Shown here: piece after piece, positions 1 to 10,738 of the stretch | How positions within the stretch are numbered: position 1 is the first letter of the stretch | Layout: each line of letters begins with the position of its first letter | DNA from: Acidobacteriota bacterium | GTDB lineage: Bacteria > Acidobacteriota > Aminicenantia > S016-38 | Length of the DNA: 64,000 nucleotides | Assembly (NCBI GenBank): GCA_015486055.1 | Contig: WFSJ01000042.1 | Coordinates: 12,518 to 76,517 of the forward strand | Direction: 5' to 3' | Made by a program: the position numbers and the translations under genes | Notes under the pieces: generated by a model | What the model was told of the DNA's origin: nothing | The model's input: only the letters and a program-made list of their open reading frames with translations | The model's database searches: none

Positions 1-905
1 CTGTTCTTAAACTTTCTCACCAGTTCTCCCAAAAAATCTGAAAATTCCTCAGGGATCTGACTGCAAAGTTCTATTCTTTCTCCCTTTTGAGGATGTATGA
101 AAGAAATGCAATAAGCATGGAGAGCGAGTCTTCCAATCGGTCCTCCTTGCTTCCCATAAATCGTGTCCCCTGCTATTGGGTATCCCATTGAGGAAAGATG
201 AACTCTTATCTGGTGAGTCCTTCCTGTCTTTGGACAAACAAGAAGAGCTGAATAATCTCTCACCTCACCGATTTTTTCATAAAATGTTAAGGCTTCCCTT
301 GTCTTATAGGCTCCAACGGAAAATTTCCCCCTGCGGTGAGAATCTCTTCCAATGGAGAGGGGAATTTCTCCTCTCAATGAAGTGTGACCCTCAACAATCG
401 CGATATAACTCTTTCTTACAATCCTCTCGCTGAATTGCCTCTGTAGGTTCAAATAAGCAGCATCAGTCTTTGCAACGATCATTATCCCTGAAGTGTCCTT
501 GTCAAGACGGTGAACTATCCCTGGTCTCTCTTTGCTTCCCACCCCTTCTATCTCTGGCCTTATTCTCAAAAGGCCGTTGAGGAAGGTTGGTGGCCTAACG
601 CCCGGCGCAGGATGAACTGTGAGACCACATGGCTTATTAACTGCAAGAACCTGAGAATCTTCATACAGAATTTCAAACTTTACATCTGCTGGTTCTATAT
701 TCCCTGAATCTTCCTCAATTTCAATTAGAATAACGTCGTCAATTCTAAGTATATAAGAAGACTTTGATTTTGCACCGTTTACAAGAATTTTTCCCTCTTT
801 TATGGCTTTTTGAATCTTTGAGCGAGAAATTTCCAGCCTTGAGGCCAAATACTGGTCAAGCCTCCTGCTTTCCTCAGCCTTCAGCTCTGCCCTTAATCCT
901 CTCAT
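1..905 (-). CDS. rluD: RluA/RluD-family 23S rRNA pseudouridine synthase (runs off the window edge)
   Basis: Not in the ORF track; translated by hand. It reads MRGLRAELKAEESRRLDQYLASRLEISRSKIQKAIKEGKILVNG (S4 domain), then RPGIVHRLDKDTSG (catalytic Asp) and TGRTHQIRVH. ATG at 905, preceded by GAGGT. Confidence 0.93.
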   Translation of the reverse strand, partial: MRGLRAELKAEESRRLDQYLASRLEISRSKIQKAIKEGKILVNGAKSKSSYILRIDDVILIEIEEDSGNIEPADVKFEILYEDSQVLAVNKPCGLTVHPAPGVRPPTFLNGLLRIRPEIEGVGSKERPGIVHRLDKDTSGIMIVAKTDAAYLNLQRQFSERIVRKSYIAIVEGHTSLRGEIPLSIGRDSHRRGKFSVGAYKTREALTFYEKIGEVRDYSALLVCPKTGRTHQIRVHLSSMGYPIAGDTIYGKQGGPIGRLALHAYCISFIHPQKGERIELCSQIPEEFSDFLGELVRKFKN

Positions 906-1680
906 ACCTCCTTCTAAAAAGGATTATAGCTATACCAGAAATTATAAGTATGAGGCTTATAAACTGAGGTGTAGAAAGGGAAGTCCAGGGAGAAGAACCA
1001 TGTATCACCCATCCTCTTCCAGGGTCCCCCCTGTAATATTCATCGTGAAATCTTATTAACCCATAGCCTATAAGATAAAGAGCAGATATGAGCCCGTCAA
1101 ATTTTTTCCTTTTTCTCACGATGAAATAAAGGATGAAAAACAGGGAAAAATTAAGAAGGGACTCATAAAGCTGGACAGGATGAATCTTTACTCCCAATGG
1201 AGTCCCAACATGTTCATGAGCGAACTGGCTGTGAAAAACGACTCCCCATGGGACATCTGTTGGCCTTCCGTAGCAACATCCTGCGGAGAAGCATCCCTCC
1301 CTTCCAAAACCATGAGCAAGAGGGACAACAAGGGCGTAAACATCCATGGTTTTCCAAAATGGCATTTTTTTCGCAAACAGTAAAATGACCATAAATACAA
1401 AGCCTCCAATTAACCCTGCATAGAAAACGCCCCCTGACCTGAGAAGCTCTTTTAAGTTGCCTGGATAGAAGGATGGATCCTCAAAAATCAGGCCTATTTT
1501 TGAGGCGAGAAATGCAACAATTACCGTCCAAAAGGCTATGTCAACTACTATTTTCTTTGAAAGACCAACCCTTCCCGCTTCTCTTGCTCCAAGCCAAAAG
1601 GCTGCAATTATTCCAATCGCTATCCAGGACCCATACCCATAAATTGTAATTGGTCCAATCCTAAGAAGAATGGGATACAT
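874..1680 (-). CDS. lgt: Prolipoprotein diacylglyceryl transferase
   Basis: Multi-TM protein with GREGCFSAGCCYG and HPVQLYES motifs. Start moved to ATG 1680 behind a GGAGGTG SD. Adjacent to lspA. Confidence 0.92.
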   Translation of the reverse strand: MYPILLRIGPITIYGYGSWIAIGIIAAFWLGAREAGRVGLSKKIVVDIAFWTVIVAFLASKIGLIFEDPSFYPGNLKELLRSGGVFYAGLIGGFVFMVILLFAKKMPFWKTMDVYALVVPLAHGFGREGCFSAGCCYGRPTDVPWGVVFHSQFAHEHVGTPLGVKIHPVQLYESLLNFSLFFILYFIVRKRKKFDGLISALYLIGYGLIRFHDEYYRGDPGRGWVIHGSSPWTSLSTPQFISLILIISGIAIILFRRRYERIKGRAEG

Positions 1681-2146
1681 TTTTCTCACCTCCCATTAAA
1701 AAATAAAACACCAAAAGGAGTGAGCCAATAGTTATAATTGAATCTGCAAAGTTGAATGTTGCCCAGTGATGCTTTGCTATGTGGAAATCAAGGAAATCTA
1801 TAACATATCCTTTAGTTAACCTATCGTAAAGGTTACCTGCTGCGCCTGCTATTATAAGGGCAAGGGACATTTTAGGGAAAGTTCCCTTCTCTACAAAGAA
1901 GAGATATACAACAAAGACAGCTGCAAGAAGTGAAAGAACAGTTATCGCCCAGAAAACTGTTTTGTTGCTTATCCCGGAGAGAAATCCGAAAACCATGCCG
2001 GTGTTTTTTACGCTCACAAGATTAAAATAGAATGTTACAGGTTTTATCTCCCATGGTTTCAGTTTTAAAGAAATTAACCACTTCGTATACTGATCTATTC
2101 CAAAAAGCGCCAGAATAAATATAAAGCCTCTCAAATAGCCTTTCAA
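1661..2146 (-). CDS. lspA: Lipoprotein signal peptidase II
   Basis: [25 protein letters not shown] and FNFADS motifs. Probable TTG start overlaps the ileS stop. Classic ileS-lspA synteny. Confidence 0.95.
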   Translation of the reverse strand: MKGYLRGFIFILALFGIDQYTKWLISLKLKPWEIKPVTFYFNLVSVKNTGMVFGFLSGISNKTVFWAITVLSLLAAVFVVYLFFVEKGTFPKMSLALIIAGAAGNLYDRLTKGYVIDFLDFHIAKHHWATFNFADSIITIGSLLLVFYFLMGGEKNVSHSS

Positions 2147-4893
2147 ATTAACCTCTTCACCACATTTATGCAACGGGGACAAAGATTTGGATGTTCAGAA
2201 TTCTTACCCACATCAGTATTATACACCCAACAACGCTCACATTTTTCACCCTCTGCTTTTAACACTTCCACCCTCTCTCCTCCTTCTTTTATTTTCCACT
2301 GAGAAACAATGAAAAGCTCTAAGAAATACCGACTGTATTTTAAAAGAATTTCCCTTTCCCTCTTATCTGCGTAAAATATCAGCTTCGCCTCAAGGGAATT
2401 GCCTATTAGTTTTGTCTTCCTTGCTTCTTCAAGCTCTTTGTTGGCAAGATCCCTGTATTTCAGGAGAACTTCCCACTCGTGTCTTTCCTCTTCGGAAAGC
2501 AGAGATTCTTTCTTCTCAGGGAAAAGCTCTAAAAGCACAGATTCTTTCTTTCCCTTAAAAGATGGCAGATAACCCCACGCTTCCTCCGTTGTAAAGGAAA
2601 GTATTGGAGCCATAAGTCTGAGGGAATCCCTTGTTATCTCAAATATTGCAGTCTGGGCTGCTTTTCTTCCCTTATCCTCTGGATGAGAACAGTAAAGTCT
2701 ATCCTTTGTTATATCAAGGTAGAAAGAGCTTAGGTCAACTGTGAAAAAGTCGTAGATAAGATGAGAAATTCTGTAGTACTGGTAATTTCTGTAAAGTTCC
2801 TTGACCTTCTCAGAGAGCTCCCTGAATTTTGTCAGAATGAACCTATCTGTTGGATAAAGTTCCTCTTCAGGCAAAGAATTCTTTTCAGGACTAAAGTCCT
2901 TTAAGTTTCCGAGCATAAACCTCCATGTATTCCTGATCTTTCTGTAAGCCTCTGTTAACCTTGTTATTATCTCATTCCCAAGCTTTACATCCTCCCTATA
3001 ATCCAGCATTGAAACCCAGAGCCTCAGAGTTTCGGCTCCATATTTATCAACTATTTCGGAGGGCTCAATCACATTTCCCATGGATTTGGACATTGCTTTT
3101 CCCTTTTCATCAAGAACCCATCCATGGGTTATTACTTGGCGGTATGGACTTTCTCCTTCGTTGGCAAGAGCAACAAGAAGGGAACTGTGGAACCATCCTC
3201 TATACTGATCATTTCCCTCAAGGTAAACATCCGCAGGCCAGAGATGGTCATCCCTATTCCTCAAAACAGAGTGGGATGTTCCTGATTCAAACCACACATC
3301 AACAATGTCGGTTTCCTTCCTGAACTTTGTTCCACCGCATTTTTTACACACCTTTCCTTCAGGTATAAAAGACTCTGGAGGAAGCTTGAACCAGGCATCA
3401 GAGCCTTCCTCCTCAAAAACCTTTGCTATCTTTTCTACAACTTCTTCATCAACAAGGGGTTCACCGCACTTTTCACAGTAAAGGACAGGAATAGGAACTC
3501 CCCAGCTACGCTGTCTTGAAATACACCAGTCAGGTCTGTTTTCTATCATATTGGAAATTCTTTCCTTTCCCCATTCCGGTATCCATTTTACCCTTTCTAT
3601 CTCATCAAGGGCTTTCCCCCTGAGTCCTGCCCTGTCCATTGATATAAACCACTGTTCGGTTGCCCTGAAGATAACAGGCCCCTTACAACGCCAGCAATGG
3701 GGATAGGAATGGGTAAGTTTTTCCTCAAATATCAAGGCTCCCTTTTCTTTAAGGAGGTTTACAATCTCAGAATTGGATTCCCAGACTGTTTTCCCTTTAA
3801 GAAATGGCACTTCATCCGTGAATTTCCCATCCTCATCAACAGGAGAATAGGCAGGAAGTTTGTATTTAATCCCTGTTATATAATCCTCCTCTCCATGACC
3901 AGGGGCGGTATGAACGCATCCTGTCCCCTGTTCTAAGGTTACATAATCTGCTATAACTATTATGCTTTCCCTTTCAATAAAGGGATGTTGAGTTTTAAAG
4001 CCCTCAAGTTCTTTCCCTTTGAACTTATGAATAAGCTCAAAACTTCTTCCCAGCTTTTTCTCAAGGGGCTCGGCGAGTTTAACTGCCAAAATCAGATATT
4101 CATCCTTATCCCTGAAAACCCCATAGTTAAAATCAGGATGGAGAGCTATAGCAAGATTTGCCGGCAGAGTCCACGGAGTAGTAGTCCATATAACAACTGA
4201 AATATTCTTACCCGCGAGGTTTGAATTCAGCTTCTCCGCCTCTTTCAGCGGGAATTTAACATAAATTCCAGGGGATGAGTCCTCGTGATATTCTATCTCC
4301 GCTTCAGCAAGAGCAGTTTTGCAATGTGGACACCAATATACAGGTTTTTTTGCCCTGTAAACCTCTCCGCTTTCAAAAAAGCCCTTCATGTGCCTTACAA
4401 CTTCTGCTTCGTAGAACCTATCCATTGTGAGATATGGATGTTTCCAATCCCCTATGACCCCGAGCCTTTTGAAATCTTCCATCTGAATCCTCACGAATTT
4501 CTCTGCGTATTTCCTACATTCTTCCCTGAACTTTACCTTTTCCTTTGTTTCCCCTATCTTATGCTCTACTTTTATCTCTATTGGAAGCCCATGGCAATCC
4601 CATCCAGGGACATAGGGAGCATTGTAACCGAACATTGAAAATGATTTAACAACGAAGTCCTTCAATATCTTATTAAGGGCATGACCCAGATGAATTCTTC
4701 CATTGGCATAGGGAGGCCCATCGTGAAGTATAAACTTTGGGGATTCCTTTCTCTCTTTCCTGAGCTTATTGTATATATTTATTTCATCCCATTTTTTCAG
4801 TATTTCGGGTTCCCTCCTTGGAAGGGAGGCTTTCATCGGAAATTTCGTTTCAGGCAGGTTAAGAGTTTCCTTCAGCTTTTTCTTGTCAAGCAT
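2143..4893 (-). CDS. ileS: Isoleucyl-tRNA synthetase, type 1
   Basis: [41 protein letters not shown], and a C-terminal CERCW...CPRC zinc site. Confidence 0.98.
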   Translation of the reverse strand: MLDKKKLKETLNLPETKFPMKASLPRREPEILKKWDEINIYNKLRKERKESPKFILHDGPPYANGRIHLGHALNKILKDFVVKSFSMFGYNAPYVPGWDCHGLPIEIKVEHKIGETKEKVKFREECRKYAEKFVRIQMEDFKRLGVIGDWKHPYLTMDRFYEAEVVRHMKGFFESGEVYRAKKPVYWCPHCKTALAEAEIEYHEDSSPGIYVKFPLKEAEKLNSNLAGKNISVVIWTTTPWTLPANLAIALHPDFNYGVFRDKDEYLILAVKLAEPLEKKLGRSFELIHKFKGKELEGFKTQHPFIERESIIVIADYVTLEQGTGCVHTAPGHGEEDYITGIKYKLPAYSPVDEDGKFTDEVPFLKGKTVWESNSEIVNLLKEKGALIFEEKLTHSYPHCWRCKGPVIFRATEQWFISMDRAGLRGKALDEIERVKWIPEWGKERISNMIENRPDWCISRQRSWGVPIPVLYCEKCGEPLVDEEVVEKIAKVFEEEGSDAWFKLPPESFIPEGKVCKKCGGTKFRKETDIVDVWFESGTSHSVLRNRDDHLWPADVYLEGNDQYRGWFHSSLLVALANEGESPYRQVITHGWVLDEKGKAMSKSMGNVIEPSEIVDKYGAETLRLWVSMLDYREDVKLGNEIITRLTEAYRKIRNTWRFMLGNLKDFSPEKNSLPEEELYPTDRFILTKFRELSEKVKELYRNYQYYRISHLIYDFFTVDLSSFYLDITKDRLYCSHPEDKGRKAAQTAIFEITRDSLRLMAPILSFTTEEAWGYLPSFKGKKESVLLELFPEKKESLLSEEERHEWEVLLKYRDLANKELEEARKTKLIGNSLEAKLIFYADKREREILLKYSRYFLELFIVSQWKIKEGGERVEVLKAEGEKCERCWVYNTDVGKNSEHPNLCPRCINVVKRLI

Positions 4894-4927
4894 TTTTTGC
4901 CCTCCTTTTTAAATAGATATTCTCCAA

Positions 4928-6274
4928 TTAAAGTTGGAAAATGTCAAGGAGAGGCTTAATTTCAATGAAAAATCCTTCGTTATTAAACCTGAATTTTTCT
5001 GAAACAGGGATAAGATATGCCCAGAAAATTTGTTGTTCTGAAATGAAAACCGGAAAAAACTTTCTTAAAGGCCCTGGAACTTTCCTTGAATTGAAGATAT
5101 TTGATAGTTTTCTTCTTTCCTCTGCTCCGATTGGCATGTATTTGTCCCCTTCCCTCCAGTTCCTTACCGTTATCGGGAATTTTATCCCTGAAACATAGGC
5201 AATGTTACTTTTGGTAAAATCCCCGTGTCCCTTGAATTTTCTTATCTTCATCTTCCATAGGTCCTTTATCTCGTATTCCCCTTCCCCTTCTATTTTCAGA
5301 GAAAACTGTTTAACTTTTGGGAGCTTTCCTAAATAGAAAAGAGAATTAGAGAGCCTCATTGCTCTCTCTCCTCCAGGAAGGAAATACTGCTGCCCAGGGG
5401 TCAGGCCTAAAATATGCTCTATATGGTCAAAGTTTATCCTTCTCAAGTCCCCGCGCATCTTCCTCAGAAATTCCCGCACGAGCCTTCTTTTAAAGCCAGC
5501 ATTCAGGGTCTCCCAATTCTCTGTAAGGAGCTTCTTTGCCCTGAGTCTTTCCTCAAGTTCCTTCTGGATAATTTCCTCTATCCATTGGTTCTCCTGGTAG
5601 AAAATCATGGCTTCCCTTGAAAGAACCTCCTGCACCCATGGGAATCTTTCCTCAATAAAAGGAAACAATTTGTGCCTGATCCAGTTCCTATCGTAGGAAA
5701 TATCGTAATTAGAAGGGTCCTGAATGTATGGAATGGAAGTTCTCTGAAGAAATTCAAGGATTTCCTTCCTTGATATGAAAAGGAGAGGTCTTATATATTT
5801 GCCCTCCCTTAAAGGATGAATACCCGAAAGCCCTGATATTCCGGAACCCCTTATTAGTCTGTAAAAAAGGGTCTCTGCCTGGTCGGACAGGGTATGACCT
5901 GTGGCAATTTTTTTTAGAGAAAGTTCCTTTGTGGTTTCCTCAAGAAAGGAATATCGCAGCTTCCTCGCTGCCTCCTCAATGTTAAGACCCTTTTCCTTTG
6001 CATACTTTCTAACGTCTAATTTTTTACTCACAAAGTGAAGGTCGTATTCCTCTGCTCTTGCCTTGCAGAATTCTTCCTCATCGTCCGCTTCCTTCCTCAA
6101 CCCATGGTTAAGATGTGCAACAGCAAGGCTGTATCCGAACTCCTGGGAAAAGAGGAAAAGAAAATGAAGAAGAACAGTGGAGTCAGGACCCCCTGAAAAA
6201 GCAACAAGAATCCTATCCCCGGGTTCTATAAGTTTATGTTTCCTTATTGTTTCCTTGAACTTTCTATAGGGCAT
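4928..6274 (-). CDS. tilS: tRNA(Ile2)-lysidine synthetase
   Basis: SGGPDS PP-loop, HLNHGLR, EEAARKLRY, GHTLSDQAET, RNWIRH and a TilS C-terminal domain. Start moved to ATG 6274 because the longer ORF overlaps the tRNA. Confidence 0.95.
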   Translation of the reverse strand: MPYRKFKETIRKHKLIEPGDRILVAFSGGPDSTVLLHFLFLFSQEFGYSLAVAHLNHGLRKEADDEEEFCKARAEEYDLHFVSKKLDVRKYAKEKGLNIEEAARKLRYSFLEETTKELSLKKIATGHTLSDQAETLFYRLIRGSGISGLSGIHPLREGKYIRPLLFISRKEILEFLQRTSIPYIQDPSNYDISYDRNWIRHKLFPFIEERFPWVQEVLSREAMIFYQENQWIEEIIQKELEERLRAKKLLTENWETLNAGFKRRLVREFLRKMRGDLRRINFDHIEHILGLTPGQQYFLPGGERAMRLSNSLFYLGKLPKVKQFSLKIEGEGEYEIKDLWKMKIRKFKGHGDFTKSNIAYVSGIKFPITVRNWREGDKYMPIGAEERRKLSNIFNSRKVPGPLRKFFPVFISEQQIFWAYLIPVSEKFRFNNEGFFIEIKPLLDIFQL

Positions 6275-6282
6275 AAAAAAAA

Positions 6283-6356
6283 TGGCGGCGGAGGGATTTG
6301 AACCCACGACGCTGCGGATATGAGCCGCATGCTCTGACCACCTGAGCTACGCCGCC
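6283..6356 (-). tRNA. tRNA with CAT anticodon, most likely elongator tRNA-Met; CCA not encoded
   Basis: Minus strand reads GGCGGCGTAGCTCAGGTGGTCAGAGCATGCGGCTCATATCCGCAGCGTCGTGGGTTCAAATCCCTCCGCCGCCA. It forms a cloverleaf with anticodon arm TGCGG-CTCATAT-CCGCA and T-loop TTCAAAT. Confidence 0.93.
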
Positions 6357-6366
6357 AGGATAAAGG

Positions 6367-6395
6367 ATTATAAAAAAACACTTGTTCATTGTCAA
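6367..6395 (-). promoter_or_regulatory. Consensus sigma70 promoter for the tRNA-tilS-ileS operon
   Basis: TTGACA (6395-6390), 17 bp spacer, TATAAT (6372-6367), 10 bp upstream of the tRNA. Confidence 0.9.
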
Positions 6396-6448
6396 CAACA
6401 CGCTCTTATGAAGAATCAGGGTAAATGAAAATTCTTTCTTCAAATTCC

Positions 6449-6925
6449 TTATAAACTTTTGAGGTCTTTCATGATTCTATCGGCCTTTTCAAGGATTTTT
6501 TCCCACTGGCCGAGGACAAAAATTTTCCCATCCTCTATCTCTTTTCTCATCCTTTTATCAATACCATCGGGAATTTCATTCTCATCAAGTATTTTTACAC
6601 TCCTGTCAGGAAGAACCAGAATGTCCACTACAAGGTCCATCCACCTGAATTCCTTAGGAGAAAGTTCTATCCCGCATCCAATGCTGAAATAGTCCCCGAG
6701 GAGTTTCCTCTGGGGAGAAAACCAGCGGTAAAGAACAAAGGGCATTTCCTTCCAGAAAAAACCCAGGGAATTTGTTCCCACAGGAAGTAAAATTTCATCC
6801 ACAAGCATTTCTTTCTCAGTAACATATTTCACTAAGCCAAAATTTCCCTCCAGATGGAGAAGCTGGCAATGGAATATCTCTTCCTTCCCGCTTATAAAAA
6901 CTTTCCTTTCCAGAACTTTCCTCAC
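6449..6925 (-). CDS. DUF402-domain protein
   Basis: WMDLVVDILVLPD...ILDENE resembles the DUF402 DLxxDV...LDEDE motif. Confidence 0.7.
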   Translation of the reverse strand: MRKVLERKVFISGKEEIFHCQLLHLEGNFGLVKYVTEKEMLVDEILLPVGTNSLGFFWKEMPFVLYRWFSPQRKLLGDYFSIGCGIELSPKEFRWMDLVVDILVLPDRSVKILDENEIPDGIDKRMRKEIEDGKIFVLGQWEKILEKADRIMKDLKSL

Positions 6926-6981
6926 CTAAAAAATAATAACTCAAGCTCAGCAATGGTCAAATAAATTCCTTATGGCATTTT

Positions 6982-9486
6982 TTAGGCTGAAAGCGCATTC
7001 TTCCTGCAGAGCTCCAGTTCCCTGAGAATTTCGTCCGCATTTTGATACCTTTTCTCCATATCCTTCTCCATGCATTTCATTATTAGATTATCCAGGCATT
7101 CAGGGATTTCTGGATAAATTGAGGAAGGTATTGCTGGTTTTAAATTCAGGATCTTGTATATTACAGATGCTATATCAGTGTGATAAAAGGGGATTTCCCC
7201 CGCGACCAGCCAGTAAAGGGTAACACCAAAGGAATATATATCTCCTCTATGGTCGGTTTCCCCTTCCTTTAACATTTCGGGTGGCATAAAATACGGTGTT
7301 CCAAATACTTCCCCTGTTGCAGTTAATCGGTGAACTTCTGTGCTCTTTGCCACCCCGAAGTCCATTAATTTCACTCTTCCCTCAAGGTTTACCCTTTTTG
7401 TAAGGTTTTTTTCTCCCCCAACTATCATTATGTTTGAAGGTTTTATATCTCTATGAATCACTCCTTTACTGTGAATATAGCTCATACCCGTGAGAATTTG
7501 CCTTGCAATCTCAAAGTTCACCTCCATGGGAAGCGGAAATTTTTGCTTCATCAAATCTTTCAAACTTTCCCCATCCATATATTCCATGGCTATGTAAAGA
7601 TTTTCCCCGTGTTCACCACTTTCTATCAATCTTACTATGTTCGGGTGATTCAGTTTTTTCAGTATTTCCCCTTCCCTCTTAAATCTTTTCAAAAGGTCTT
7701 CTTCTGAAAGCTCCCTTCTTATAACTTTAAGTGCAATATCATATCCTGTCTCAATGGATTTAGCCCTGTAAATCATTCCCATCCCACCTCTGCCTATTTC
7801 CTCTTTTATTTGATAGGGACCTATGAGTGATTTTTTCTTCTCGTTTATCAAGGTTACCGCGGAATATACCATGAGAACCATAAAAATGACTAAAACCACG
7901 GAAACTACCATAGCTCCTGCAAATTCTTTTGTTGCCTTCGAATAATTTTCAAATATCTCTGTTTTTTCCTCTAAAAATCTGTATTTTTCCTCAATGGAAG
8001 GGAATTGCTCCCCTTTCACCTCACTGGCAATATGGTAAGCTCTCTTTATAAAAGGATAAGAGAGGAATATATAAAATATCCCTTTCCCCCTTTTTATCTT
8101 CCATATAAGGTGAAGAAGCTTCATCCTGTTAACAGGGTTTGAGCTTCTTTTGAGGGCTTTATCCGATAAAGAAAGGGCTTTCTTTGTATCCCCCCTCTTA
8201 AGATAAAGATGGGCAAGGGAAAAGGAGGCATCTACAAAGAGGATGTATACGCCATTGCTTTCTGCCATCTTTGCCGCCCTTTCAAGATAGGTTATCGCCC
8301 TATCTGTCTCTCCTTTCTTGCTGTAAACCTTCCCTATTCTCGCGGTTGCATTTATAATTCCCAGTCTATATCCGGCTTCCTCAGCTTCTCTCAAGGCCTT
8401 CTCGCTCAAAACCTCTGCCTTATCCAGATTTCCGAGTGTTGCTTCTGCATCTGAGAGAATACAGAGAAGATGGTTTTCCAAAGATAAATCCTTTTCTCTG
8501 CTTCTTTTAAGATATTCAAGAGCCTCCATTGAGATGTCCTTTGCCTTTGCATAAAGTCCAAGATTCCAGTATCCCAAGGCCAGCGAATCAAGACTCAAAG
8601 AAATCCTGAACCAATTTTTGGTCTTCCTGAAAAAATCAATTGATTTATTCAAGATAGAGATCCCCTCCCCCACCTTTCCCAATTTCATTGAGGAAGAACC
8701 AACAAGGATAGCCCTATTATAAGCAGAGTTGTAATCTCTCATCCTTACCGCTTCTTCATAGCTTTTTTCCAGGAGTTTAACCTGTTCTTCCATCTGATTC
8801 TTCAGCATGTAATATCCGCTCAGATAGTAATAGTAAACGCTCAAAGGGAATTTGAGCCCCAATTTATCCTGAAAATATCCCTTGAAACTTTCGGAGGCGG
8901 AAAAAAGCTCATCTGCCCTTCCACTTCTGATTAACGAATTGGCATATAGGGAAAAGGATACTATTAAATCTTCTAATTTTCCCTGCGCCATAGAATCTTT
9001 GAAGAACTTCTGAGCGGCTGAAACCTTGGGGTGGTGCCCTCTGTAATAGTCCCTCAGCAGAGAAAGCATTCCTACATTGCATTCTTTCCCAATTTTGTTA
9101 CAGAGCTCGGAGTCCTCGAAATATGGAAGTGAGACCCTCATAAATTGGAAACTATCTGGTATTTTCCTCAGCTTTTTGACGTATCTAAGGGCAGCGTTCT
9201 TCTCTCCTCTTGTTCGGTAATATACAAAAAGGAAAAAGTTCTTCCTAAAACTACCCTCTGGAAAAAGATTCTTCACCCTTAACGCCCCATCTTTAAGATC
9301 ATGGGCAGCAATATTCGCGAGAGTTACATAGGGAAAGTAAAGATTTTCATCTTTCTCTATTAAGTTTTTCATGGACAGGAAAATTTCCTCTGGATTTCCG
9401 CTATCAAGGATTGAATCATAGGTTTTGTAATCTCTTATTGAAGGAAAAACAAAAAATATAATAGATAAAAAAGCTAAAGTTCTCAT
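6982..9486 (-). CDS. Membrane Ser/Thr protein kinase: N-terminal TPR region, TM helix, C-terminal Hanks kinase
   Basis: Kinase motifs intact: GRGGMG, IALK, HRDIKPSN, DFG, GTPYFMPPE, DIYSFG. TM AMVVSVVLVIFMVLMVYSAVTLI followed by KKK. Likely start ATG 9486. Confidence 0.9.
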   Translation of the reverse strand: MRTLAFLSIIFFVFPSIRDYKTYDSILDSGNPEEIFLSMKNLIEKDENLYFPYVTLANIAAHDLKDGALRVKNLFPEGSFRKNFFLFVYYRTRGEKNAALRYVKKLRKIPDSFQFMRVSLPYFEDSELCNKIGKECNVGMLSLLRDYYRGHHPKVSAAQKFFKDSMAQGKLEDLIVSFSLYANSLIRSGRADELFSASESFKGYFQDKLGLKFPLSVYYYYLSGYYMLKNQMEEQVKLLEKSYEEAVRMRDYNSAYNRAILVGSSSMKLGKVGEGISILNKSIDFFRKTKNWFRISLSLDSLALGYWNLGLYAKAKDISMEALEYLKRSREKDLSLENHLLCILSDAEATLGNLDKAEVLSEKALREAEEAGYRLGIINATARIGKVYSKKGETDRAITYLERAAKMAESNGVYILFVDASFSLAHLYLKRGDTKKALSLSDKALKRSSNPVNRMKLLHLIWKIKRGKGIFYIFLSYPFIKRAYHIASEVKGEQFPSIEEKYRFLEEKTEIFENYSKATKEFAGAMVVSVVLVIFMVLMVYSAVTLINEKKKSLIGPYQIKEEIGRGGMGMIYRAKSIETGYDIALKVIRRELSEEDLLKRFKREGEILKKLNHPNIVRLIESGEHGENLYIAMEYMDGESLKDLMKQKFPLPMEVNFEIARQILTGMSYIHSKGVIHRDIKPSNIMIVGGEKNLTKRVNLEGRVKLMDFGVAKSTEVHRLTATGEVFGTPYFMPPEMLKEGETDHRGDIYSFGVTLYWLVAGEIPFYHTDIASVIYKILNLKPAIPSSIYPEIPECLDNLIMKCMEKDMEKRYQNADEILRELELCRKNALSA

Positions 9487-9493
9487 AATTAGG

Positions 9494-9522
9494 ATTGTAG
9501 AACGCAAAGCCTTTCAGGGCAA
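9494..9522 (-). promoter_or_regulatory. sigma70-like promoter of the kinase gene, apparently leaderless
   Basis: TTGCCC-17-TACAAT, then 7 nt to ATG 9486; no SD. Confidence 0.6.
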
Positions 9523-9526
9523 GTCT

Positions 9527-10600
9527 TTACTTGTATATTTTAGCTTCTTCCTCCCCTTCCAATACCCTGAGAGCCCCCTCTGCAAGAGCTCTAAGCTCAT
9601 CCTCCCCTGGATATAAATAAACAGGGGCAATAAAGGAGATTTTTCTCTTTAGAGCATTAACAAACCAGTTACTATTAGCTATTCCCCCTGTTATTATCAC
9701 CGCATCAACATCTCCGTTTAGAACAGCAGCCATGGCTCCAACATCCTTTGCAACTTGATAAGCCATTGCATCGGCTACAAGAATTGCCTCCTCCTCCCCA
9801 TCTATGACCTTTTTTTCAACCTTCCTGAAGTCTTTTGTTCTGAGGTAAGAGTAAACCCCTCCCTGTCCAAACAATTTTTTCTTCAGGCTCTTAAAATCAT
9901 ATAATCCTGAGAAGGCAAGTTTAAGAAGCTGCATCGACGGAATTCCCCCTGCCCTATCCATTCCAAAGGAACCCTCTTCCATTGAATTTGTTACATCTAT
10001 CATCCTGCCAGCCACATGGGCTGAGACCGAATTTCCCGAGCCTAAATGAACAACTATGAGCCTCAGCTTTTCGTAGGCAGTTCGCTTTTCCTTTGCGAAT
10101 CTTTTTGCAACGGCCTTTGTGTTGAGAGCATGGGAAAGAACAGGCTTTTTTATCTCAGCCATGCCCGTTATCTTAGCTATCTCCGGGAGCTCATCAACAC
10201 TCACAGGATCAACTATATAAGCATCTGCACCTGCGAGTCTTGCTATCTCATTGGATATAATTGCCCCGAGATTTGAGGCATGTTCTCCCCTTTCTGCTCT
10301 GGTAAGATCTTCTATCATCCTCTGATTTACAAGATATGTCCCGCTCTCAACAGGTTTCAGAAGTCCCCCTCTTCCTACAACGACAGAAAGGGATGAGAGC
10401 GCAAATCCTCTGCTTTCAAGCTCTTTTTTCACAAGTTCAGTCCTGTATTCCTTCTGATCAACAATCCTTGAAAAGGAGGAGAGCTCTTCAGCAGGATGGT
10501 TTATTGTCAACGAGAACATCTCTTTAGAATTTTCATAAACTGCAATCTTTGTTGATGTTGAGCCTGGATTTATTGCGAGTATCCTGTAAGTCTTGTTCAT
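9527..10600 (-). CDS. buk: Butyrate (branched-chain carboxylate) kinase
   Basis: INPGSTSTK, GRGGLLKP, HASNLG, HALNTKAVA, HLGSG and YPGEDE motifs. Confidence 0.93.
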   Translation of the reverse strand: MNKTYRILAINPGSTSTKIAVYENSKEMFSLTINHPAEELSSFSRIVDQKEYRTELVKKELESRGFALSSLSVVVGRGGLLKPVESGTYLVNQRMIEDLTRAERGEHASNLGAIISNEIARLAGADAYIVDPVSVDELPEIAKITGMAEIKKPVLSHALNTKAVAKRFAKEKRTAYEKLRLIVVHLGSGNSVSAHVAGRMIDVTNSMEEGSFGMDRAGGIPSMQLLKLAFSGLYDFKSLKKKLFGQGGVYSYLRTKDFRKVEKKVIDGEEEAILVADAMAYQVAKDVGAMAAVLNGDVDAVIITGGIANSNWFVNALKRKISFIAPVYLYPGEDELRALAEGALRVLEGEEEAKIYK

Positions 10601-10738
10601 TTTTCACCTCTAAGTAAAAAATACAAAACTCTAAAGGAATTTACAAGAAAATTATAAAACTCAGATCATTTCAGTAGAACATAAAGAATATTCTCCCTCT
10701 TTAGGAAAAGGAACCTTTAGAAAAATTTGTAAATAAAG

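Noticed and set aside
3075-4695. IleRS motif variants HLGH and AMSKS as a sign of mupirocin resistance or inactivity
   Set aside because: The catalytic second Lys and both His residues are kept, and the enzyme is otherwise a normal type 1 IleRS.
4894-4927. T-box riboswitch upstream of ileS
   Set aside because: The gap is only 34 bp and holds just an SD; there is no T-box motif.
6275-6307. N-terminal extension of tilS (MGSNPSAAIFF)
   Set aside because: It is the T-arm and acceptor stem of the tRNA read as codons.
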